Part shown: piece after piece, positions 48,989 through 58,297 of the stretch | Numbering within the stretch: position 1 is the stretch's first letter | Layout: each line of letters opens with the position of its first letter | Assembly: GCA_030649055.1 (NCBI GenBank) | Contig: JAUSGH010000002.1 | Coordinates: 5,357 to 69,356, forward strand | Length of the DNA stretch: 64,000 bases | Source of the DNA: a bacterium | GTDB taxonomy: Bacteria > Patescibacteriota > Minisyncoccia > UBA6257 > JAUSGH01 | Direction: 5' to 3' | The notes under the pieces: model-generated | The model's database searches: none | Told to the model about the DNA's origin: nothing | The model's input: the letters and a program-made list of their open reading frames with translations, nothing else | Translations under genes and position numbers: made by a program

Positions 48989-49285
48989 CGGCAGTATATC
49001 CAATTTCTCGCCTTTTTTCAAGGTCACGATGACTTTCTTCGGGCGCTGTTCCAATCTGCTTCCGCGACCGGAACGTTTCGGCTTCGGCTGCTGGGTGATA
49101 GCATTGGTTTTTATGACATGCACACCATAGGTACGCTCAACGGCTTTTTTCACCTCCGATTGCGTCGCGCCTTCGGCAACTAAAAAAACATACTTTCCTT
49201 CAGCCGCGGCTGCCGTAGACTTTTCGGAAATCACTGGCCGCCGAAGAACAAACTTATTAAATTGTTTTGTTGCCCTGTTATCCAT
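48983..49285 (-). CDS. rplW: 50S ribosomal protein L23
   Basis: VLRRPVISEKST and a C-terminal Lys-rich extension. 100 aa in the conserved L4-L23-L2 position. Confidence 0.85.
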   Translation of the reverse strand: MDNRATKQFNKFVLRRPVISEKSTAAAAEGKYVFLVAEGATQSEVKKAVERTYGVHVIKTNAITQQPKPKRSGRGSRLEQRPKKVIVTLKKGEKLDILPQ

Positions 49286-49294
49286 ATTGCGTTA

Positions 49295-50041
49295 TTACGG
49301 TTTCGCGGTTCTTTTCGGCAATATCTTCCGTTTTTTCACCGCCTCAACCGAAACTGCTGCTGCCGGAGCCGGTACTGCCTTCTTGTTTTTTGAAACGGCA
49401 TAGTGTTCAGCCATCGTTCCTGCCGCGTCCTTATCAATCACAATCGCACGATAGCGAAGCAAGTCGTAGACATTCAGCGATGTCGGCGCGATTGTTTTCA
49501 TATCCGGCACATTAGCTGAAGCGCGAAACACCATTTTATTTCCCATTGCGGGAATAAGCAACGCGTGACGGGATGACAACACGCCACCGAGTGATTTCAG
49601 CAACTCCTTCGTCTTCGGCGCTTCCGGCATATGCTCAATAAATTTCACCTCTCCCTTTCTCAACCGCTCGGACACAATCGCCGCAAATGCCGCGCGAAGC
49701 ATTTTCTTGTTTATTTTTTGCGCATACGTGCGCTCGGAAACCGGTCCATGAGAAGCGCCACCACCTTTCCAAATCGGAGAACGAATAGAACCATGACGCG
49801 CGCGTCCGGTATGCTTCTGTTTCCACGGCTTTCTTCCGCCGCCACGCACTTCACCGCGTCCCTTCGCGTGCGCCCAAGGTTTCCGCGCATTCGCCATTTG
49901 CGCGACTAGCGCCTGATGCGCCAAGTCCGCGCTCCACTTGCGACCGAAAAACGCGTCCGAGAGTTCGATGTCGGAGGTCGTTGTTCCGTCCAAGTTGTAT
50001 ACAGGCGCTTTCATAGTGTTATTCGCATTATTTCGTTTCAA
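49295..50041 (-). CDS. rplD: 50S ribosomal protein L4
   Basis: GRGEVRGGGRKPWKQKHTGRARHGSIRSPIWKGGG motif. The start may be the internal ATG at about 50014 (MKAPVYNLDG). Confidence 0.9.
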   Translation of the reverse strand: MKRNNANNTMKAPVYNLDGTTTSDIELSDAFFGRKWSADLAHQALVAQMANARKPWAHAKGRGEVRGGGRKPWKQKHTGRARHGSIRSPIWKGGGASHGPVSERTYAQKINKKMLRAAFAAIVSERLRKGEVKFIEHMPEAPKTKELLKSLGGVLSSRHALLIPAMGNKMVFRASANVPDMKTIAPTSLNVYDLLRYRAIVIDKDAAGTMAEHYAVSKNKKAVPAPAAAVSVEAVKKRKILPKRTAKP

Positions 50042-50057
50042 TTCGCATTGTTCGCGA

Positions 50058-50555
50058 TTACTTTGTGATTTCCAAAACGCTGCGTTTATTGTATCCCGGA
50101 ACCGCTCCGCAGATTTTCATAATACGGGACGCGGCATCAATTTCAACAAGCTCCAAATTCTTTATGGTCTTGCGCACACCGCCCATGCGTCCGGCCATGC
50201 GCCGTCCCGGAATAATACGCTGCGGCGACGTGTTGCCAATAGAGCCCGGCGCGCGGAGACGATTTTTCTGACCGTGCGTTTTCGGTCCACCATGAAAACC
50301 GTGCCGCTTCACAACCCCCTGAAAACCGTGGCTTTTGGTGATGCCGGAAACACGCACCAAATCCCCCTCGGCAAAGCCGGAGAGGTCCGCTCCCTCCTCA
50401 ACCTGGATAATGGACACGGGGAAAACCGCGTCATTTTTCCAAACCTGAGTCATATGCAATTTTTTTCCCTTGACCTTCATATTGTTATTCGCGATTACTC
50501 CCCATATTTTACAAAAGACATCTGTGCGCGCGAGGTGGCGCCAGATGTCCTTCAT
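50058..50555 (-). CDS. rplC: 50S ribosomal protein L3 (short form)
   Basis: MKVKGKKLHMTQVW...GFQGVVKRHGFHGGPKTHGQKNRLRAPGSIG. The likely start is the internal ATG at 50480, which gives about 140 aa, shorter than typical L3. Confidence 0.85.
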   Translation of the reverse strand: MKDIWRHLARTDVFCKIWGVIANNNMKVKGKKLHMTQVWKNDAVFPVSIIQVEEGADLSGFAEGDLVRVSGITKSHGFQGVVKRHGFHGGPKTHGQKNRLRAPGSIGNTSPQRIIPGRRMAGRMGGVRKTIKNLELVEIDAASRIMKICGAVPGYNKRSVLEITK

Positions 50556-50569
50556 ATATAGGACGTCCC

Positions 50570-50902
50570 CTATACCATCTTTATTTCAATATCCACTCCC
50601 GCCGGCATATTAAGCGACGAAAGCGACTCAATAATCTGGGCAGTCGGGTTTAGAATGTCAATCAACCGCTTGTGGACGCGAAGCTCAAACTGCTCTCGCG
50701 CGTCTTTATGCACGAATGTCGAGCTGTTCACGGTATAGCGATGCATGTCGGTAGGCAACGGAACCGGCCCAACCACCTCGGCATCATACCGCTTCACCGC
50801 GTCAACAATCTGCTTGCAGGAGTTATCAATCAATTTATGATCGTACGCCTTGATGCGCAAGCGCAATTTCTCCTTCTCCGTTTTGTCCGTTGCAGAGCTC
50901 AT
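50570..50902 (-). CDS. rpsJ: 30S ribosomal protein S10
   Basis: [20 protein letters not shown]...[29 protein letters not shown]. Confidence 0.9.
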   Translation of the reverse strand: MSSATDKTEKEKLRLRIKAYDHKLIDNSCKQIVDAVKRYDAEVVGPVPLPTDMHRYTVNSSTFVHKDAREQFELRVHKRLIDILNPTAQIIESLSSLNMPAGVDIEIKMV

Positions 50903-50907
50903 AGTGA

Positions 50908-52107
50908 CTATTTGGTGATCTTTGTTACAACGCCTGCGCCCACGGTCTTGCCGCCTTCGCGGATGGCAAACCTCTGCTTTTCCTCAAGCGCCACCGGCGC
51001 GATGAGTTTTACCGTCATCTTCACCGTGTCGCCCGGCATCACCATTTCCATACCCGTCGGCAACGTCATTTCGCCCGTCACGTCCGTGGTGCGAATGTAG
51101 AACTGCGGCTTGTATCCGCCAAAAAACGGGGTGTGCCGTCCGCCTTCCTCTTTGGAAAGCACGTACACTTCGCAGTCAAAATCCGTATGCGGATTCACAC
51201 TGCCCGGCTTCGCGATGACCTGTCCGCGCTCCACGTCTTCTTTCTTCAAACCGCGAAGCAAAATACCCACGTTGTCTCCCGCGCGACCTTCGTCGAGCAG
51301 TTTATTGAACATTTCAATGCCGGTCACAACGGTTTTCTGCGTCGGCCGAAGACCGATGACGTCAACTTCCTCGTTGACTTTCGCGATACCGCGCTCAATG
51401 CGCCCGGTCACGACAGTTCCGCGTCCTTCAATAGAGAAGATGTCTTCGATCGGCATCAAGAACGGCTTCGTGATGTCACGGATCGGATCCGGGATAAATT
51501 CATCCAGCGCCTTCACAAGGTCAAAGATCGGTTTGCACGCCGGATCATCGACGGATTTTGCTTCAAGCGCCTTCAATGCTGAACCGCGGATAATCGGAGT
51601 CGTGTCACCCGGGAATTCGTATTTCGTCAAAAGCTCGCGGACTTCGGATTCAACGAGGTCGATGAGTTCCGGATCGTCCACCATGTCACACTTGTTCAAA
51701 AACACGACAAGCGCCGGCACGCCGACCTGGCGAGCAAGCAAAATGTGTTCTCTCGTCTGCGGCATCGGACCATCCGCCGCCGAAACAACAATGATCGCGC
51801 CGTCCATCTGAGCGGCACCCGTAATCATGTTCTTGATGTAGTCCGCGTGTCCTGGAGCATCAATGTGCGCATAGTGGCGCTTTTCGGATTCATATTCCGA
51901 GTGATGCAACGCAATGGTAATACCGCGCGCCTTTTCTTCCGGAGCGCTGTCAATCTGGTCCACGTTCTCCTCCTTCTTCGCGAGACCTTTCATAAAAAGG
52001 ACGTGCGTCAAGGCGGCCGTCAAGGTCGTTTTGCCGTGGTCAACGTGACCGATCGTTCCGACGTTTACGTGCGGCTTTGTACGCTCAAATTTTGCTTTTT
52101 CTGCCAT
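50908..52107 (-). CDS. tuf: elongation factor Tu
   Basis: [14 protein letters not shown]1 motif, [12 protein letters not shown], and the EF-Tu domains 2 and 3. 399 aa. Confidence 0.97.
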   Translation of the reverse strand: MAEKAKFERTKPHVNVGTIGHVDHGKTTLTAALTHVLFMKGLAKKEENVDQIDSAPEEKARGITIALHHSEYESEKRHYAHIDAPGHADYIKNMITGAAQMDGAIIVVSAADGPMPQTREHILLARQVGVPALVVFLNKCDMVDDPELIDLVESEVRELLTKYEFPGDTTPIIRGSALKALEAKSVDDPACKPIFDLVKALDEFIPDPIRDITKPFLMPIEDIFSIEGRGTVVTGRIERGIAKVNEEVDVIGLRPTQKTVVTGIEMFNKLLDEGRAGDNVGILLRGLKKEDVERGQVIAKPGSVNPHTDFDCEVYVLSKEEGGRHTPFFGGYKPQFYIRTTDVTGEMTLPTGMEMVMPGDTVKMTVKLIAPVALEEKQRFAIREGGKTVGAGVVTKITK

Positions 52108-52439
52108 ATGCGTTTTTTAATTATTATTTTATAAAAATGTGTCGACGAAAACGATTATTAGTAAATGATAAACTATTGAGGGTAAAGATGTCAATACCCC
52201 GTGCCAAATGGCGAAGTATTGTTTAATCTTGCGGAGTATTCAGTGGTGACTACGCGTTATCCACACAAACATGTTAAATGCTACTGACCCTTTATGCTTC
52301 GCCATTTTGCACAGGGTCAATAGGGGCTCTGGGGATAGGCGCAGAGAGAAGTAAGACGTAAGAAATAAGAGGTAAGAAAAACGCAGACGGTCATTGCGAG
52401 TGAAGCGAAGCAATCTTACATTAAGAAATGTTCCCATAA

Positions 52440-53146
52440 AATGGAAGTGCCGTGAGTCAAATATATAAACGAGAAGGAGCCGTGAACCACGAAGGGTCCA
52501 CGGCTCCTGCTGCTACTCACGATGCTGTGCCTACTCGGCAAACCAGACACATCGGGCTGCCTCACCCACCTAGATCCATGCTTGCTGCGATGAGATGGGG
52601 GCGAGAGTCCGAGCATTGCGGTCTGCGCGAGGCAGTCATGTGAGGTTGGGACGGTTGCCCATGATCCTCAACGATCCAACGTTGAATAAGGAAAGGGCAC
52701 GTGTCCCGGGTGCTTGCGTTAGGCACGAGGTTCACTCGACAGCGTCACACGGACGCATAGCTACAGAAACGGCTTGTGGTCCCTGTAGTCACGGTGCCGT
52801 GGTCAGGCCGAGGCGCCCGTCGAGGTCGAGGTGCTTGGTCGAGCTGGTCGTCGAGAATGTCAATTCATAGCACACCAGACAGACCAGCGCGGGATCCCGA
52901 AGTCTCATGATGAGCTCCTTAGTTCGAGTCCTTGTTGGAGCCGCAAGTGACACACACTCGCTTGACCCAGCGAGACAGGGCGGGCGCCTCCGGAGTCCGA
53001 AAACATCCGGAAGCGCCCGAGAGGGTACTTTCTCGTGCATTACCCGTTAGGGCGGCGCTCGGGACATGACCCACTCCTTTTCTCCCCCAAACGCATTAGC
53101 GGGGGCAATAGCGTCATTTGGAAGGTGCTGTCAATCTCAATCGTTA
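52440..53146 (-). other. ORF-poor GC-rich hairpin-rich transcribed region (candidate large structured RNA or long leader) downstream of a sigma-70 promoter
   Basis: No ORF longer than about 100 codons and no recognisable protein. Multiple perfect hairpins (e.g. GGAGCCGTG...CACGGCTCC, GGCGCCTCCGGA...TCCGGAAGCGCC). An internal SD-preceded 39-codon ORF at 52789..52908. Confidence 0.4.
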
Positions 53147-53153
53147 AACGCCA

Positions 53154-53182
53154 GTATACACCCTCCCGAGTGTTTTGTCAAG
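53154..53182 (-). promoter_or_regulatory. near-consensus sigma-70 promoter (TTGACA-17 nt-TATACT) reading leftward toward the GC-rich region and tuf
   Basis: Minus strand GGGTCTTGACAAAACACTCGGGAGGGTGTATACTGGCG. The -35 is at 53182-53177 and the -10 at 53159-53154. Confidence 0.6.
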
Positions 53183-53191
53183 ACCCTCTGG

Positions 53192-53292
53192 GTAGAAGCG
53201 GATTAACGCGGATTTTACACGCGCGGAACCACGCGGAAGCTTTTTTCCGCGTTTATCTGCGTTGTCATCCGCGTCTTTCCGCTTCTATATCT
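53192..53292. repeat. ATCCGCG-type repeat cluster (family E), direct and inverted copies, immediately upstream of the promoter
   Basis: GTAGAAGCGGATTAACGCGGATTTT...CCGCGTTTATCTGCGTTGTCATCCGCGTCTTTCCGCTTCTATATCTCC. Confidence 0.6.
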
Positions 53293-53803
53293 CCACATCT
53301 CCGCACGCCACATACACCTTCACCTCTTCACTGTTTTTGTGGACATTAATCGCAAGCGGCAACTGCGCCTTTAATGCATCCAGTGAAACATCAAGCACGG
53401 AGTCGGATGCGCCGCCCACCAGATACGCAAGCGGATATTTAACCGCTCCCGGATTCGGGCACGCGCCTATGTGAATGTGCGCCGGCTGACTCACGCCACT
53501 CGGCGCGCCGGTAAGCTTCAACGCTACGCGAGTTTTCCCTCCAACGTCTGTGAGCGTCGCGGTGCCGAATTCGCCGGACTTGTTTTGCGCGGAAAGCTCC
53601 ACAACAACCGAATTCGCCTCAACGGCTTCGGAATCCAGCACAAACTCCTCGTCTAATAACACAACATCTGCATCAGACAACATATCCAAATCCTCGGTCA
53701 ACGAAGCACCGCGTCCGTTAAACATAACAACGAGCACCGCCACCGCAACGATCCCCACAAAAATAAGTAAATAGTTTTTCATATATTTATTATACAACAT
53801 CAA
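53285..53803 (-). CDS. secreted CHRD-domain-like protein
   Basis: Signal anchor LLIFVGIVAVAVLVVMF. The motif SQPAHIHIGACPNPGAVKYPL resembles the CHRD-domain AHIHxG pattern. Confidence 0.5.
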   Translation of the reverse strand: MMLYNKYMKNYLLIFVGIVAVAVLVVMFNGRGASLTEDLDMLSDADVVLLDEEFVLDSEAVEANSVVVELSAQNKSGEFGTATLTDVGGKTRVALKLTGAPSGVSQPAHIHIGACPNPGAVKYPLAYLVGGASDSVLDVSLDALKAQLPLAINVHKNSEEVKVYVACGDVEI

Positions 53804-53814
53804 CTACGATAAGA

Positions 53815-54140
53815 GTGCCGCGCCGCAGGCGCTACCTTATCATCACTCACTCACCAACGTGAGGAGAAGGACGAAAAAGCGTTTTTACTTCTGCGCGAAC
53901 CATAAGCGCAGCGACGGTAGTAAAATAGGAATTCAAAAGGGTGCCTTGTTCATTTTAGGCAACATATTGCAGCGATGCGTGAAATTCACGAGTAAAGAAA
54001 TCGCGAAGTCGGAACAATGGCGCTGTGTGAATCCCGAAACCCCCGCAGTGCGGGGGTGAAGGTTGAGTTCGCCTTGTTCCGGTAACTTTCGCGGTTTCTT
54101 ACGAGTAGAATTTCCGCGAGCGGAAATCGTTGCCGAAAAT
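53815..54140. other. conserved multi-hairpin element, copy 3 of 3
   Basis: The core is identical to copy 1 (CGAAGTCGGAACAATGGCGCTGTGTGAATCCCG ... GAAGGTTGAGTTCGCCTTGTTCCGGTAAC). The central hairpin is replaced by CCCCCGC-AGT-GCGGGGG and the 5' hairpin by GCGCC-GCAG-GCGC. Confidence 0.6.
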
Positions 54141-54163
54141 AAACAAGGCGACCGAGAGACAAA

Positions 54164-55216
54164 TTACACTTCAATAACTTTTTCCCAAGGAAGTCCTTCT
54201 TTTCCAAAATGCCCATACGCCGCGGTCTGCAAATAAATCGGCCGGCGCAATTGCAACCGCTCAATAATCGCGTTTGGTCGGAAATCAAACTTTTTCGCCA
54301 CGAGCTTCGCCAAGCTATGCCCTTTTTCATCCACCGCCTCCACCATCATCGGTTCAGCTCTGCCAATGGCATACGACACCGACACAAGACATTGCTTTGC
54401 GTGACCATTCGCCACTAAATTTTTCGCCACAAACCGGCACATATACGCCGCCGAACGGTCCACTTTTGACGGGTCCTTTCCCGAAAACGCTCCGCCGCCA
54501 TGTTGAATAAGTCCACCGTAGGTGTCTACCATGATTTTCCGTCCCGTGAGTCCAGTATCCGCCTCAAATCCGCCCTGCACAAACCGCCCCGTAGGATTCA
54601 CGAGAATCTCAACGCCGGTGAGATCGCCAACTGCGGGCGCAATAAGTTCTTTTGTAAGCGTCGCTTTGATTTCCGCATGCTCCACCGATGCCTCATGCTG
54701 TGTGCTTACCAGCACCGACACAACGTTTTTTCCTTGCATCGTCACCTGCGCCTTGCCATCCGGTTTGATCCAAGAAACCCTGCCCGCACGGCGCAAATCC
54801 TCCAACCCGCGCGTGAGCTTATGCACGAACACTACCCCTTTCGGCAAAAATTCCGGCGTTTCATTCGTCGCGTAACCATACATAATCCCCTGGTCACCCG
54901 CGCCGCCCGTATCCACACCCATCGCGATGTCAGGCGACTGCTCCACAACGTTCGTAATCACTTTCAGATTATTCTGATGACCGATGTCTTTATACACGCG
55001 CTTCGCAATACCCGCATAGTCCACTTTCGCACGCGTCGATACCTCTCCCCCTACAATCAACATCCCGTGTCCGCCGAACGATTCCATCGCCACACGGCTT
55101 TTCGGATCCTGCCGCAAACACTCATCCAACACCGCGTCCGAAACCTGATCGCAAATCTTATCCGGATGCCCCGAGGTTACGCTTTCTACTGTATAAAGTT
55201 TTGGATAATACCCCAT
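54164..55216 (-). CDS. metK: S-adenosylmethionine synthetase
   Basis: ESVTSGHPDKICDQVSDAVLD, GAGDQGIMYGYA and GGGAFSGKDPSKVDRSAAY motifs. Start at the ATG at 55216 (MGYYPKLYTVESV). Confidence 0.95.
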   Translation of the reverse strand: MGYYPKLYTVESVTSGHPDKICDQVSDAVLDECLRQDPKSRVAMESFGGHGMLIVGGEVSTRAKVDYAGIAKRVYKDIGHQNNLKVITNVVEQSPDIAMGVDTGGAGDQGIMYGYATNETPEFLPKGVVFVHKLTRGLEDLRRAGRVSWIKPDGKAQVTMQGKNVVSVLVSTQHEASVEHAEIKATLTKELIAPAVGDLTGVEILVNPTGRFVQGGFEADTGLTGRKIMVDTYGGLIQHGGGAFSGKDPSKVDRSAAYMCRFVAKNLVANGHAKQCLVSVSYAIGRAEPMMVEAVDEKGHSLAKLVAKKFDFRPNAIIERLQLRRPIYLQTAAYGHFGKEGLPWEKVIEV

Positions 55217-55526
55217 ATATAAACGGAAATCTTTCCCTTTAGGAAAGATGTAATAATGTATCTTTCCCCGCGTTCGACAACGCGCGAGCATGACGCTCAA
55301 AGGGCTGGAATTGACACTACGTTTCCGTTTTCGAAATGGATCCCGGGTCTACTGCCTCGGGATTGTTTTTCGATTACAAAAAACAAGTTGTCGCCGGATC
55401 TTCGGGCCAGTTCCCGCACACGCGAAACAGTTCGCGCAATTCCCCGGACTCTTGATGATTAAGTTGTAACTTCTACTATAGCTTCCAATATATCAAACTC
55501 GAAAATAAACGCAAGAGTTTCGCTAT

Positions 55527-55766
55527 CTAAAACTCCGCCAAGATCACTACCTCCGATTTCTTCACCTCCAAGATGCCGCCTACAACGGGAATAGTTTCTT
55601 TTTTCTCTGCGCCGTCAATCACAATATCCCCCGCCATAAGCGGCGTGATGAGCGGGATGTGTCCGGGCAATACCTGCATCCGACCGGAAACCGCCGGCAC
55701 GGAGACGGACTTCGCCTTTCCCACGAACACTTCTTTGCTTAGTGAGTAGATAGAGAGTTGTATCAT
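55527..55766 (-). CDS. atpC: F1 ATP synthase epsilon subunit (short, beta-sandwich only)
   Basis: Lies in the atp operon after atpD. 79 aa with the PGHIPLITPL motif. Confidence 0.8.
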   Translation of the reverse strand: MIQLSIYSLSKEVFVGKAKSVSVPAVSGRMQVLPGHIPLITPLMAGDIVIDGAEKKETIPVVGGILEVKKSEVVILAEF

Positions 55767-55804
55767 GCAATGTCTAAGTTCTAATTCCTAATGTCTGATT
55801 ATTG

Positions 55805-55875
55805 TATTCCTTCGACTTCGCTACGCTCCGCTCAGGAAATAAATTTTTATTCGCTGAGTGCGTCGAAGCGATACC
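55805..55875. repeat. RPE-like palindromic element (full), intergenic atpD-atpC
   Basis: TTCCTTCGACTTCGCTACGCTCCGCTCAGGAAATAAATTTTTATTCGCTGAGTGCGTCGAAGCGATACC. Confidence 0.7.
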
Positions 55876-55913
55876 GTCATTAGAAATTAGAAATTTGTGA
55901 TTAGAAATTTTCC

Positions 55914-57287
<1,374 letters not shown>

Positions 57288-57335
57288 TTATTTCCTATAT
57301 CTTACTTCTTAATTCTTACGTCTTACTTCCCCCCC

Positions 57336-58265
57336 CTACACCGCCATCGCATCCTTTGCTGATGCCATTTCGACCAACTCCTGCGTAATGCTTTCTTGTC
57401 TGGCTTTATTCAGCGCCTGTTGCAATGTTTTCATGATATTCTCCGCGTTTTCCGTCGCGCTCTTCATCGCCACCATACGAGCGGCGTGTTCGGAAGCGTT
57501 TGATTCAAAAATAAGGTGCAGGACTTCCACTTTGACGAGTGCCAACACCAGCGTCTCAAAAATTTTCTGATACGACGGCTCAAACTTATAATATTGTTCG
57601 GATTTTTCATCGACGCGGACGAGCTCGGCATAACGGCCGGACTTCGGCACAATGCCGCGCACAATTTTCTCCAACTCCGGAAGCGAGAGCGGCAGCACCT
57701 CGTGAAATTCCACTTTCTGCACCAGCGCGGAAATAAATGTCGTGGAGCAAAATACAATTTTAGTATACGCACCTGCTTGATATTGCTCCACGAGCCAGTT
57801 GAACACCGGCTCCGCGTCGTAGATTGTCGTGATTTCGGAAAAGTTCGTGAAGGCAAAGGGCATCGTCGCGTTACGCTTCGCAAAATACTCTTTTGACTTA
57901 CGCCCAACAGGAAGCACATGAAGCACTTCGACATCTTTATGCGATTCAATATACCGCGCCGCAGCGCGGAGCACGCCGCTGTTGTAGGCGCCACAAAGTC
58001 CGCGATCGGAAGTGACCACCACCAAACAAATTTTCTCCGGGCCCTCATGTGTACCAAAGTACGGGCTCGTGAGTTCTGCGCGCAGCGCGTACTGCAATAC
58101 ATTCCGCAACAGCGCCAATGCATGCTTCGCGTACGGGCGCGCGCGCATCGCGACGCCTTCAGATTTGCGCATCTTCGCCGCCGCGACCATCTGCATGGCG
58201 CGCGTAATTTGCTTGATGTTCGCCGTCACCCGGATTTTATTTTTGAGTTGATGCTTTGATGCCAT
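57336..58265 (-). CDS. atpG: F1 ATP synthase gamma subunit
   Basis: N-terminal helix IKQITRAMQMVAAAKMRK and C-terminal ITQELVEMASAKDAM. Confidence 0.9.
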   Translation of the reverse strand: MASKHQLKNKIRVTANIKQITRAMQMVAAAKMRKSEGVAMRARPYAKHALALLRNVLQYALRAELTSPYFGTHEGPEKICLVVVTSDRGLCGAYNSGVLRAAARYIESHKDVEVLHVLPVGRKSKEYFAKRNATMPFAFTNFSEITTIYDAEPVFNWLVEQYQAGAYTKIVFCSTTFISALVQKVEFHEVLPLSLPELEKIVRGIVPKSGRYAELVRVDEKSEQYYKFEPSYQKIFETLVLALVKVEVLHLIFESNASEHAARMVAMKSATENAENIMKTLQQALNKARQESITQELVEMASAKDAMAV

Positions 58266-58297
58266 ATCTTTCTTTCTTACTTCCTACTTCTTACGTC

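Noticed and set aside
52880-52935. tRNA-like T-arm motif GTTCGAGTCC on the + strand
   Set aside because: The flanking bases cannot form a 5-bp T-stem, acceptor stem or anticodon arm. No CCA or discriminator context. It lies inside the SD/start of a small minus-strand ORF.
52440-53146. RNase P RNA, tmRNA or SRP RNA in the ORF-free region upstream of tuf
   Set aside because: ACAGAAACGGCTTG on the + strand superficially resembles the RNase P P4 3' strand, but no complementary GGAAAGUCCGG P4 5' strand exists. No tmRNA tRNA-like end (..CTCCACCA) or tag ORF. The SRP domain IV consensus is not matched. The region is kept only as an unclassified candidate RNA.
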